NCBI GenBank assembly: GCA_964036045.1
Contig: OZ038378.1
Span: 179,924,001 to 179,988,000 of the forward strand
DNA from: Eutreptiella sp. 'Long Island Sound 2002'
Taxonomy: Eukaryota; Protista; Euglenida
Length of the DNA: 64,000 nucleotides
Reading direction: 5' to 3'
Of the stretch, positions 11,242 to 22,109 are shown piece after piece. Positions within the stretch are counted from its first letter, which is position 1. Each line of letters opens with the position of its first letter. Below the pieces are notes generated by a model. It saw nothing but the letters and a program-made list of their open reading frames with translations. It ran no database searches and was not told where the DNA came from. The position numbers were made by a program, and so were the translations under genes.

Positions 11242-13265
11242 TCACACGCCATACCGGTTGCGGTAGAGAATTTTTTGTACCTCCGCTGCAACCTCAGGGG
11301 GATGATTTCCCACGTGGGCCTCCAGGAAGGCCACGAAAAGCCTGGTGGAGGGTAGCTCTAAGCTGACAACTGGCCTACCCGGCAAAGCCAAAACATGATA
11401 GAGGGGTGAGCTTACCCTGCCCTCCTCCGCCATAACATCTGCTCTTTCCTTACCTGAGATCACGGTGTGACTGGGCACCCGTAGCCATTTAACAGTGGCC
11501 GAGACTCTGTCTACAAGGTCAAGGGCTCTTATCCAAAGATCAACATTGCACATTGGTCCTGACCGACCAACCCATCCCGCGGTGCTCCACCTGAAAGCAG
11601 AACCACGCAAGCCGTCATATACATACTGCGAGTCCATGACAACAGCCAGGCGAACTGTTTGTAAGAGAAAATGTTCCAAGACAGTGATCAGTGCCAAAAG
11701 CTCAACTCTATTGTTGGTCTGGGCCGAATTGGGGGGTAGGAACCCCTTGGCCTCCTAGGCCCCCATCACAACGCACCCACACCCGGCTACCCACCCAACC
11801 TTAGGGGGTTGCTTGGTGGAGCCGTCTGTGGAAGCCAATATCCATCCCTCATTCTTAGGTTCAGATAAGACATGCTTGGCCTCAATGGCAAGTTGTTGCG
11901 TGCAATCTTGTACCTTCTATTTTTTGGCTGCTCCGGCGGACGAGGAGGTGTCATCATAGGTGGCATTTATGGCTATCCCTGGTAGTATTCCAGATTGGGC
12001 TAGTGTGGCCACATCGTCATAGAACTGTGTTAAGGGGGCACTGAGGGACTGCCAGGGTTCCCATAGGATGAGTTGGGAGAGGACCCTTATCCACTGGGCC
12101 AGAAAGTGCTCTAGGGAAGGGGCAGAGAATACATTTTTTGCTTGATTGCGAAGCGACTAGTGGGCCGCCTGGGCGGCCCACTTAGCGATGCCCCGTGGGC
12201 GCGAAAATGAATGCTTGAGGGGCAAAGCCCTCACCGCGTAGCTAATGCCATCTACATACAAGGGACCCCAACAATACCAATTATATCCCACGCCATGGCG
12301 TGGAACTTGCAGTGAAACAACGCATGCTCTACCACTTCTAGGTGAGCACAGATTGGACACCATGGGAATTTAGTCCAGTTTTGGAGTCGCTCCCCCATTT
12401 GGAGTTTTGCCCAAAGAGCTTCATATGCGAAATCCTTGAGAAAGGGAGGGGGCTGCGAGGCCCAGAAAGGTTTCTAGACATATGTAGGTTGTCTGCGGGG
12501 CACATAAAGCATGGGCAACAAATTTTTCAGAGAGGCATATTTACCCCAGCTCCCCACCCAAACCGAGGGTATGGACCAGTCTGTGGGCATTAACTGGCTG
12601 AACTGTTTGATAGACGAGGTGTACACCTAGCGCCAGGTGATGCCGATTTTGAGCAGCAGGTCCTGACGAGGGCAGCAGTTTGTGTCAAACAAAGTCTGAT
12701 ATGCACATGGCCCCTTTGCGAATTAACGAAGGGCAGTAGTAAGTGAGATTGTCTGAATTGCGGAAAATGGCTGAGTGCCATTGTGGAAGTTCTCAGATGT
12801 TTGCCCCTTCCGGTGCACCTTCAATGACATAGCGTCTGGCTTGTGAGTATGACTTTAAGGATTGTGCCAGAAATCCCATTGTGGAATATGGGACAGGACC
12901 TAGCTGCACGAAAGGTAAGGACCTCAGGTGCCATGAGACACCGAATTTGGCAGCCCATCCTCGAAATTTTAATCGCACAAAGCTCGGCATGACTGCCTGA
13001 TTCTGCACAAATGCGGTAAAGGCCGGTCCCGCCTGCACCTCGAGCTAGATGTCAGGGGGGGGGGGGTAAGGAGAACCCCCCATCATCAGCATGGAGGGAC
13101 GCCTGGGACAGCGTAGTGCCCCAGCTATCAAAGCCTAGTGCTGTGTTAAAGACCACCTTGAGGGAACGCTCTTAATGCTCAGTCACTCTATAGGCCGTGG
13201 CCGTGAGTAGTGGCAACGACACGACCCACATTTTAAGTAAGAGCAATCTCTCTGCTAGGGACAGG
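11242..13265 (-). mobile_element. 5'-truncated, decayed L1/Tx1-like non-LTR retrotransposon: end of RT, zf-RVT-type CCHC, C-terminal RNase H
   Basis: Minus-strand translation gives LSLAERLLLLKMWV (post-RT), ALWAKLQMGERLQNWTKFPWCPICAHLEVVEHALFHC (CCHC) and RNase H motifs ASTDGS, QTNNRVELLAL, VMDSQYV, NVDLW, WLRVPSH, ERADVMA. Several stops and frameshifts. Confidence 0.85.
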
Positions 13266-13539
13266 CCGGAGGGTGCCACCACAGCAGAGCGCCTGTGTCA
13301 TTCGCCCATCACCTTGGAGAAGGCTTGAGAGAAGGGGGGGGGGGGTGTACATTGCATTGTCACAAACATCACCCCCATTCCGGAGCCCTTGCCATGCTTT
13401 TGCCTTTCCCGCACCACATCACTACTGTTCTCTTACCACATGTACCAATGTGCAGAACAATTATGGACGAGGCTCCTCGTTTGTGCACAGCGGTATGATG
13501 CAACGCAATGCGCGATGACGTGACGAGGGATTTCGGTGT

Positions 13540-14410
13540 CTGCATGTAGTCCCGTTTGTAAATACATATATGTATTGCAACCCCTTGTCCTGTCCGTGTG
13601 GCGGGGATGTTATGCGCTCTTATAGTGACTGAATTACTCCGTCTTTGTGGAAACATGCAAACATATATGCATGCAACAACTTGTCCATTCACTATACCGC
13701 ACCTGTACCCGCACATATACGGTGCAACCCCTTGTTCGGTCAGTGTACCGGGGATTTTGTGCACAGTTCGAGGTATTGTACCCTCCCCCCCTTGCATAAG
13801 CTACGCAAAAGTCCCAAATTAATACGGTCCCTACGCCTACTTTAGCTTGGACAAGGCCGGAGATGCCCGGTTCAAAAAGAGAAGTTTGCATGGTGAGCTA
13901 GTGCAAGAAAGGGGAACATTATGCACAAATATCCCCAAAATCAGGGCTATGTGGGTTCAAGTGGGCAAACACTCACAACAGATGTGTCCATGACACTAGG
14001 TGACTGGCAAAATTGTCACCAAACCCATGTCTTACGTGGCTGCACTACATTTGTACCGAATCAAATTAGGTACCAAATTAATACAGTCCCTACACCCGCT
14101 GTAGCTTGGACAAGGGCGTAGCTTATACAGGGGGGGGGGGGGGGGTAGTGCGGTGTATGTATATGGTGCCACGTATACATGTTTATAGTGCAACCCCTTG
14201 CCCGGGTAGTGTGGCAGGGATTTTGTGCGCACATGTTGTCAATGTATCAGTGGGTGGTTGTGCAAACATGCGTACATATATGCAGGTGATAACTTTTTGT
14301 GCGTAGTTGGAGACGGAGTATTGCCGTCCGTTTGTGGAAACGTACCTACAAGTGTGTATAGGACACACTGCTGCCCAGTCAATGTACCAGAGATTTTGTG
14401 CGCAATGAGT
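13540..14410. repeat. Degenerate tandem repeat interrupted by a MITE
   Basis: Recurrent tgcaaccccttg...gggattttgtgc and gtggaaac...acatatatgc motifs on both sides of 13781-14145. Confidence 0.55.
13781..14145 (-). mobile_element. MITE, family A (C-run-TTGTATAAGCTACG ... CGTAGCTTATAC-G-run) with TA target duplication
   Basis: TA at 13779-80 and 14146-47. The termini are inverted, and about 110 bp of one end resembles the left end of the pogo-like element at 53097. Confidence 0.8.
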
Positions 14411-15379
14411 GAGAGTATGTTAGGCCGCAGCCATGCATTGGAACTGGTGCCTCCCGGCGATGCCTATGCATTGATATGTCACGTTGCGTTTATTGTTGAT
14501 GTACCCTAGAGGGTAACACCATACAGTCACAGGGTGGTTGGCATTGGTTAAATCCCGGTCATTCCACGGGCGGGGCGTAGCATCGCGCCATATGCCGACA
14601 CCTTCCCACTCTTGGACCACTTTCAGGGTGGGTGGGGGGGCAACCACGAAGGCGGGGGGGGGGGGGGGGAGCTCCGGACCCTCACATATATGGCATAAAA
14701 TGACTGCCTCATCACGTTAATCACTTCGAGGCATGTGTTTCGGGGAAATTTTTTGAAAGGCAAGGGGCACGTGGTACTTTTATTTGAGGGCATAGCACCC
14801 CCGAGTTGATTCCCAGCCAATATTGCTAGTGGCGCCCCACCCAGGCTGAACCATGCTTGATTTCAAGGCAGAATTGATGTATGTTCCGAAACCCGTTGGA
14901 GGAGCAAGGGGGGGAGGGGCTGTTTGCACCACACGCACTACGCCTTTCCAAAAAAAAAGCGTCTTTTTTTTTTGTATTCCGACACTGGTAAGTTCTGCCG
15001 ACAGGCAACAGTGTGCGTAGGCACCATGGCCTAGGAGTATGTACAGTGAGAAAGGCTTAGCCACTGGACTGGATACGGATGAGGTATTTCCCTGGAACCC
15101 ACGGAGTCCAGCGGGGGCGCCTGCCCGTTTAATACTGCACATTGTATGCGGGAGGTGAGACCTACCACGACCTTGGGGATCCACACCTGAATTGGACAAA
15201 AAAGCGTCTCTCCGTGCACTACATGCCCACAACGAGCGCGCACACACCACTGGCACATTGTGTGCAAGAAACGTGCCGGATGCCCTTCCTGGGGTGCTCC
15301 TCCTCGGGGTCAAACATGGGTGATGGAAGTGGTGGAGATGACAGAGGTGAAGAAAAGAGGCCCTTGAAACGATGAATAT

Positions 15380-15451
15380 TGCCGGCACTAGGGTTTGAGC
15401 CCATGACCTCCCGGTTGCAGAGGCACTAGTTTACCCACTAGGGTATGGGCC
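15380..15451 (-). pseudogene. tRNA-like relic or SINE head
   Basis: The minus strand reads GGCCCATACCCTAGTGGGTAA...CTGCAACCGGGAGGTCATGGGCTCAAACCCTAGTGCCGGCA: 72 nt with decayed A-box and T-arm/B-box-like segments and imperfect stems. Confidence 0.5.
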
Positions 15452-15535
15452 AACTCTGACAAACGCCTGCACACTGGTGCTATTGATATTTGATCAATTA
15501 TGGTTTTCCTCCAATATTGAGTTGCCTTAGAATGA

Positions 15536-16822
15536 GTGCGGGCCTGCGCCAATTGCTCGCAGAGATTCCGGAAAATGGTCCGCCCCGACCGTGGGAGGTA
15601 TAGGGTCACCAGTGACATGTTCACGTCCAGGTGGAAGTGTACGCAGTGCGGAGAAACACGGAGGACATGGAACCCTAGCACCACATCGGACCCCACGGAG
15701 GAAAAGCAGCCACCTCTGGAACGGACTGTAACCCCAGGCAAATATGCCATATCTCTACGCACGGAAGGGAAAAACTTACATGTCACATACGTAACAGAGG
15801 CATATACGGTAGCCACAGTACAGGATACGGTGATGGCGGTATGGGGCATTCCCGTGGACATGCAACGCATCGTATACCCGGGCAGTCTACGATCGCTACA
15901 ACCCAAGGACGTGCTGAGCCAGCATGGTATAACAAAGGATGCCACGTTGTACGTGGTACCAAGGGCAAGGGGTGGAATGGACACGGGCAATGAGAGTGTC
16001 ACCATACCAACAAAAAAGGTGCCGGCACCACAGCATACTGTGCCGTCACCGCATAGGCATGGGCCGTATACGGCGACGGAGGAAAAAGGGGTGGAACAGA
16101 CCACACTAGAGAAATTGAGACAGCAAATCATGATGGGGCACACATCGGCACATTGCTGGGAGACATGGCAGCATGACATAGGATTCCAATTCAATGGAGT
16201 GTATTATAGGGACAAGCTGGCCATGCAACCCAGAAAGGCGTTGCTGGATGAGATGTGGCAAGCGCAGCCGTGGAACGTCAGGATGGGAGATGGGGTGACC
16301 ATACCGCACAATGCAGGCAGAATGTTACCGCCTATGGCTGATTCCCTGCGGTGCTTGGCACCAGGGGAAACGGCAATATGGACACTACCAGCATTCACGG
16401 GTGGCAAGGAAGATGCGGTGAATGAAAGTGGGACACAGCTACCATGGACAGGCAACCAAGTGGAGCACATCAAACAAATAGATGCTGTGCTAGAACGCAT
16501 CACCACGTCCCCGTCGGTAAGCATATGGGTGGTGTTCCGCACCAGGCAGGGCCCCACACAATCGCCCATGGTGTGTCTCCAGCTGGATGGTAGGCACCGA
16601 GTCAGAGTTGCACGAAAACGGGCAGCATATGTCATATATGATAAGTCTGGACAATTCTACAGAGCTACGGCCAAGTCCCCCAGGGAATTGTTGCCTATAC
16701 AAGGGAAGGCACCCTACCATTTCGCCATCTTGCTGAAATCCAGCTCTATGTGGACACCACTCCTACGCATTCCGGGTACCTTTGTGAGGAACAAAGCAGC
16801 TATGCATGCTAGGGTCAAATAA
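15536..16822 (+). CDS. LINE N-terminal ORF: C4 zinc finger plus ubiquitin-like domain (15743-15976) ending RARGG
   Basis: CANC-x27-CTQC. GIPVDMQRIVYPG...LSQHGITKDATLYVVPRARGG aligns by eye with ubiquitin GIPPDQQRLIFAG...[21 protein letters not shown]. Confidence 0.8.
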   Translation: MRACANCSQRFRKMVRPDRGRYRVTSDMFTSRWKCTQCGETRRTWNPSTTSDPTEEKQPPLERTVTPGKYAISLRTEGKNLHVTYVTEAYTVATVQDTVMAVWGIPVDMQRIVYPGSLRSLQPKDVLSQHGITKDATLYVVPRARGGMDTGNESVTIPTKKVPAPQHTVPSPHRHGPYTATEEKGVEQTTLEKLRQQIMMGHTSAHCWETWQHDIGFQFNGVYYRDKLAMQPRKALLDEMWQAQPWNVRMGDGVTIPHNAGRMLPPMADSLRCLAPGETAIWTLPAFTGGKEDAVNESGTQLPWTGNQVEHIKQIDAVLERITTSPSVSIWVVFRTRQGPTQSPMVCLQLDGRHRVRVARKRAAYVIYDKSGQFYRATAKSPRELLPIQGKAPYHFAILLKSSSMWTPLLRIPGTFVRNKAAMHARVK

Positions 16823-18023
16823 GAACCCACCATGATGTGGAGGATATTGCTGCCGGCACAATATCGCACCGAAAACAGTTTCTATAGGTATATGAATGAC
16901 ATGGGTGATGTGGGAACCAGCACGGCAGTGCGACAATCAAAACTCCCGTGGTCAGGGGTGAGGCGGGTGGCCTCGCCAGACAAGGAATCTTTTTAGTGGG
17001 AATGGACTCTCCCAGAGTCGTTTAGGTGCACCCTCCAAGAAGCATTGTACCGCACTAGGGAAGAACCCAATGAAGAGGATGGCACCGAACTGACCATGGA
17101 AACAGTGCCATACCAACACATAGAACTCACCCACCATCAAGAGATCTATGTGGTCTTGCAAGCAAAAGCCAAGCAAGGCGAAACACTATCTCTTATAGAA
17201 GCACCCGATGATCTGGAAACGGAGCTGGGGGTGTTATGGTAGATGAATACGAAATACCAACAAATAGGCTGCTGATGCATATACCGGACATATTCCTCCA
17301 AGGAGTACCACACGTCAGGTACCAACGACTCGTGACCATTCACCCGGGATGTAATAAGGCAGAGTTGGCACAAACTCTATGGGAGGCAGGGAAGTTGGTG
17401 CTGAAACACCTGCATAGTGACCAACGGGTGCACTTTGGTACATGGTCACAGGACACGGATAGGGGTGTCAATGAGGCAAGCATACCATGTTTTGGGCGAC
17501 AATGAGATATGGATGGACGCACCAATTGGAACACCGGAGAGCTCCATCCGACGATATGCAGCGCTATTTGGGTCATTCACCACAGTGGATCATCTACCAA
17601 TGCTAGGTGGCAAGGAGAGAACAGGTTACAAGATTCAATACGGAAACAAAGATAGTGCGGTAGTAGCACATGGGCTCACACTGGAGTCGGGACTAGGTGA
17701 AATACATTTCACGGGGAGAAAACAACCCACAGAGCTCGCACACATGAAGCAGTCAATAAGGCTCCCCGAAGGCATGGAAGATGAACACGACGAAGATTGG
17801 TGGAGATTTGAGATTGGCCGCCTGATGGGTGCCGAAAAGGCAACAGAACAGGAAGATAACAGGCTGTCGGCGGCCAACCTGTCCAGGTTGATGGATGAAC
17901 AGGCAGACATGCTGCAATGACAGAGGATAGAAGCGCCCGGCACGCCGTACCACACAACAGGTACATGTGACGGGGCAGTAGGCATCACCCTGTTAGTGGG
18001 GATGATGTTGGTGGGCATATGGT
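16823..18023 (+). pseudogene. Disrupted continuation of the LINE ORF1 region with an RRM-like segment
   Basis: The 15536 frame continues past TAA/TAG into ORF 17045-17242, then frameshifts. SSIRRYAALFGSFTTVDHLPMLGGKERTGYKIQYGNKDSAVVAHG is RRM-like. Confidence 0.5.
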
Positions 18024-19703
18024 GTGCTACACGCCTCTGCCAACACCGACGACAGTGCACTAGGCGCACAACGCCCAGCACACCGCGAATCTATAGATAC
18101 GTCTCCACCCATGTGGATGTATCTTATAACTGTCCTCCTTGTGGTCGCAGTGAAGGAACCCATTCCAACTACACCACAAGGAATGCAAGGATGTACAGTA
18201 AATAGCAAACAAGTACGAAATAGAACGATAGTGAAAACAACCAAGGTTCACCCGTGGAATATAAAGCGAATGCCTTGGTGGTACCATATGATGAGAATCG
18301 TGTGCATTGTGTGGTTGACTGCAGGTGACTACGATGTGACACACCACACGGGGGTGGCTAGGCAACACATATGGTCCAGGGGTGCAGAACCCAAAGGTGA
18401 CTTACTAATGCGGTGGAACATACAACGGCGCCTCATTACGTTGAGCAACGACATGGCATATGGTCAGCAAACATGGAACGATAGTCAATGGAAAATAACG
18501 ATGGCCCATGATGTCCACCCCAACATAGGGCCACCACCGCCCCCACCGGATGAATTAACATACATGACGCTGAATGTAGGAGGGCCCCACATATCCAAAA
18601 AGAGATGGGCAGGATTGCCGACTGAAATAGAACAACAAGAGCCGGTGTGTGTGGGATTGCAAGAGGTGCGGTTTAGGAGTGGTAGTAACCACATGGCACT
18701 AACGTCGCAACTACTGCACACATATGTGCCCATGTACCACAAAACACAGACGGCGGACGTAATGATGCTCATACACAACCGTATATCCCCGTATGTTACA
18801 ATGCTGCCATCCCGTACCCCACATGCCATGGCCGTGAGGGTGGAGTTACCGGGTAGACTACCATTTACTGTCATCAACCATCACGGCAGATTCACCAAAC
18901 AGGATAGGGTAATCATGGATGAGTGGTTTAAGACAATCCCAGAAGTCGGTGTGTTCATGGGGGACTTGAATGACACAGTGTGGCCATCAACGCGAGGAAT
19001 GAAGAGGTGGTGGCATCGTGCACTCCAAGATGGGGATCTCATCGACCCTGTATATGCACTGCACCCGCAATCACATGTGCCCAATGTTGCCACGAGAAAA
19101 GGCAAGCGGTTGGATGCTATCTTGTGTTCCCCACTGTTCTGCGGTGTATGCCAGCCCACAGGGTACCAGGTGCGGACTATGGCCTCGGGAGGGGATCATG
19201 ATGCAGTGATCATGCACACCACAAACCCGTTATACACATCAACTGCAACAGCGCCTGTCCAAGGGTCCGTGCGCATGTGGTCACGAGGAAAGTTTCAGGC
19301 ATTTCACAGGCACATGTCCAGGTGGGCAGAGCAGGCAGAAGCGCAAGAAGGAACAGTGAAAAGACAAGAACAAATATTCGCAGAAATGAGCCGGTTTGTG
19401 GAGCGGCAGGCATCGCCACCGAAAGTAATGGATCCTAATGAACAAAGACTCAAAGAGGCCTGGGAAAGCTCACCCCAATCCCATAGGGTAGCCAAGGACT
19501 GGTGTGAATATCAAGCACTAAAGCGGCTCAGGATGGCAAACAAAGGACTACGACAATTCCGGAAAGCAGCAATACATACGGGATCCAAGTTCTTTAGCGA
19601 ATCAAAACTGTGGTTACTTACGCCGTTTCGCATGGCACAACGGCAGCCAGAGGAGCAGTCTGCACGGAAACTTCTGTCCAAATTTGCCGGAAACCCGCCA
19701 TGA
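18024..19703 (+). CDS. LINE apurinic endonuclease (APE/EEP) region, preceded by a 2A-like DVHPNIGP motif
   Basis: TLNVGG, GLQEVR, FMGDLND, KRLDAIL, GGDHDAV. The TGA at 19701-03 is internal because the frame continues to KAAGPDQV and into RT. Confidence 0.9.
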   Translation: MLHASANTDDSALGAQRPAHRESIDTSPPMWMYLITVLLVVAVKEPIPTTPQGMQGCTVNSKQVRNRTIVKTTKVHPWNIKRMPWWYHMMRIVCIVWLTAGDYDVTHHTGVARQHIWSRGAEPKGDLLMRWNIQRRLITLSNDMAYGQQTWNDSQWKITMAHDVHPNIGPPPPPPDELTYMTLNVGGPHISKKRWAGLPTEIEQQEPVCVGLQEVRFRSGSNHMALTSQLLHTYVPMYHKTQTADVMMLIHNRISPYVTMLPSRTPHAMAVRVELPGRLPFTVINHHGRFTKQDRVIMDEWFKTIPEVGVFMGDLNDTVWPSTRGMKRWWHRALQDGDLIDPVYALHPQSHVPNVATRKGKRLDAILCSPLFCGVCQPTGYQVRTMASGGDHDAVIMHTTNPLYTSTATAPVQGSVRMWSRGKFQAFHRHMSRWAEQAEAQEGTVKRQEQIFAEMSRFVERQASPPKVMDPNEQRLKEAWESSPQSHRVAKDWCEYQALKRLRMANKGLRQFRKAAIHTGSKFFSESKLWLLTPFRMAQRQPEEQSARKLLSKFAGNPP

Positions 19704-22109
19704 GACCCCGAACAATGTAAGGAGATACTACACAAGGTACCGACCCAAAAAACGGGCTTCCAAACAGCTCCACCATCATGGGAAACCTTCCATAAGGTAG
19801 TCAAGCAGCCCCAGAAAAAAGCAGCAGGACCAGATCAAGTGGCGCCACACCTTGTGTCATGGCTTCCCCTGGACCTGCAGTGGGAAGTGTACCAGGCAGT
19901 GCTAGAGGTATTGGTCACAGGAGAAATACCGCAACATTGGTTGGAGGGAAGGATAACACTATTGTATAAAAAAGGGGACCCTTCCCAGGCAGCAAACTAC
20001 AGACCCATGGCGGTGTCGGGGGCCATGTATTTGATACTGGCACGATTGCTGCTGGGTGCTCTGAAGGACCCAATAGAACAATCACTATCGGCACGCCAAG
20101 CGGGCGGAAAAAAGGGGGAAACGCCGGCACAACATGCATTGGCAATGTTGACCAGGCTGCATGCGAAGGACAATGAGGAGGCTTATGTTTGCCTAATTGA
20201 TATAGCCAAAGCCTACCCGAGCATGCCGCACCCCGCCATAACGTACGCCTTGCAGGCAATTGGGACACCACAACACCTCATAGAAATGATAAGGGACATC
20301 TACCACAAAAGCACGTTGCAGTATGGGTCATTTGTGTACTCATTAGAGCGAGGAGTGAAAGAAGGCTGCCCACTCTCGCCGTCACTGTTTGTGCTAGTGT
20401 ACGAGGCCTTTCATCACACGTTGGCGGCAAAATTTCCAGGATTGGAAGTATACGTGTATATGGATGATATTGCCATTGTGGCGCGCAATCTCACCCAGTT
20501 GAAGGCGGCCATGAATAGGATCTCAGAACTGTCGCAAATCCTGGGGTTCCAAGTTAACCCAGGGAAGACAGAACTGTACCACTGGGCGAGAAAACCACAC
20601 AATGCAAGAGTGATATGGAATGGACAACACATACAGGCAAGATCGCCCGTGTTCAGCTATCTAGGTCATATGGTTGCACATCCTGCGCATGTGTCGCTAG
20701 CGCGCTCCCAGATACTGGCGGAAGTAAAGAGTGATCTGAACAGGTATAAGCAGCTGCCGTTGAACGCCTTTGAAAGGGTACAACTGGTGAACTCCGTCCT
20801 CATTCCCAGGTGGCTGTACCATGCCATGTTTGTACCCCATGATCGCATGTTCCACAAGATAGATCAAAGGGTACGTGATTTTGTGACGGCGGCAAAAGGC
20901 GTGGAACCCAAGTACAACGCAAGCCATGTCGCCGCATCCCAAAAGAATGGAGGGCTAGGGCTGCACCAAATCTACTGGGCCTACATAGCACGGTATATCA
21001 CCATCATGCAACGCACTCTGCAAGACGGAGACCATCCCATTACCAAAGCAGCCAGCCGACCTGTGCACCACACCATGGCACCACTCACAGACTATGTCCA
21101 CATGGTGGAGCAAATGGGAGGAACAGTACCAATTCAAATGGATGATAGGCAACGCCCGCAAGGGGGACCGGATCTGTTCGATGAAGAGGATTCAGAGGAT
21201 GGCGATATGCTCAGGGCCCAAGAGAGGGTGGTAGGCCTCATGGAATATAGGGCGCAGTACCACGGCACTGCACACCCGCCGGACGTGGATGACACGGGCA
21301 CACTCCCAGCAGGTTTTAGACAAGTCATGATAGGCGGCATGGTGTGTTACACCAATGGAAAGGACAAAACCGATACCACATGGTACAGTGATGGCAGTAA
21401 GCAGAACAATAGGGCGGGAGTAGGAATCAAATGTGGCCCATTGGAGATAATTGCCAGAGTGACGGGTCCGCAGACATCATATCGGGCCGAACTGCAAGGG
21501 GCGGCTAATGTGAGTTGTTTGGCAGACCAGGAAGATGAGTTGGTCATAGACAACAAAGCAGTAGTGGATTATGGGGCAGTAACACCACATAGGGAATGCT
21601 CGGATGTAGACCTGCGGCAAATAATACAAACACACCAAGGGGCCAAGCAGCTGCAATGGAGATGGATCCCAAGCCACGGGGTGATCAAACGATACCACAC
21701 AGACCAGGAAAAGAAAGACATCAAGCACCATGATGTCGTGGACAGACTGGCAAAGTCGGCGGCAAAACTTCCCTTGCCGGAAGCGCCACTGGGGACAGTG
21801 GATAGCATCACCATATGTAATGGAGTCACACCTACACCGGCCAAGAAGTGGATCATCGAATACCGGAACGCGGTGAAATGGGGAGGGACCCATTGGATGA
21901 GCTGGCTTCCGCTACGAGGATCACGAAGAATGACATGGCTCACATGGCTGTGGGGCAACGTCCGCTCGCAAGGGACACGGGCACCATGGGAGCGGGGCAA
22001 GGAAAAATGCCCCTTGTGCGGGTGCATCCATGGAACCACAGTGCATAATCGACTCATCCAGTGCCCAGTATGGGAACCAGAGTTCAAAAGGATGTGGACG
22101 ACTAGCTAG
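19704..22109 (+). CDS. LINE reverse transcriptase, RNase H and CCHC
   Basis: LLYKKGDP..ANYRPM, IDIAKAYPSM, GVKEGCPLSP, YMDD, VNPGKT, YLG. RNase H WYSDGS, YRAELQG, IDN, WIPSH, VDRLAK. CPLCGCIHGTTVHNRLIQC. Confidence 0.95.
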   Translation, partial: DPEQCKEILHKVPTQKTGFQTAPPSWETFHKVVKQPQKKAAGPDQVAPHLVSWLPLDLQWEVYQAVLEVLVTGEIPQHWLEGRITLLYKKGDPSQAANYRPMAVSGAMYLILARLLLGALKDPIEQSLSARQAGGKKGETPAQHALAMLTRLHAKDNEEAYVCLIDIAKAYPSMPHPAITYALQAIGTPQHLIEMIRDIYHKSTLQYGSFVYSLERGVKEGCPLSPSLFVLVYEAFHHTLAAKFPGLEVYVYMDDIAIVARNLTQLKAAMNRISELSQILGFQVNPGKTELYHWARKPHNARVIWNGQHIQARSPVFSYLGHMVAHPAHVSLARSQILAEVKSDLNRYKQLPLNAFERVQLVNSVLIPRWLYHAMFVPHDRMFHKIDQRVRDFVTAAKGVEPKYNASHVAASQKNGGLGLHQIYWAYIARYITIMQRTLQDGDHPITKAASRPVHHTMAPLTDYVHMVEQMGGTVPIQMDDRQRPQGGPDLFDEEDSEDGDMLRAQERVVGLMEYRAQYHGTAHPPDVDDTGTLPAGFRQVMIGGMVCYTNGKDKTDTTWYSDGSKQNNRAGVGIKCGPLEIIARVTGPQTSYRAELQGAANVSCLADQEDELVIDNKAVVDYGAVTPHRECSDVDLRQIIQTHQGAKQLQWRWIPSHGVIKRYHTDQEKKDIKHHDVVDRLAKSAAKLPLPEAPLGTVDSITICNGVTPTPAKKWIIEYRNAVKWGGTHWMSWLPLRGSRRMTWLTWLWGNVRSQGTRAPWERGKEKCPLCGCIHGTTVHNRLIQCPVWEPEFKRMWTTS

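Noticed and set aside
19701-22109. Alternative genetic code (TGA/TAG read as Trp) to explain the in-frame stops in the LINE
   Set aside because: The host genes use TGG for Trp and the polymerase ends at TGA. The stops are confined to TE relics and fit point mutation.
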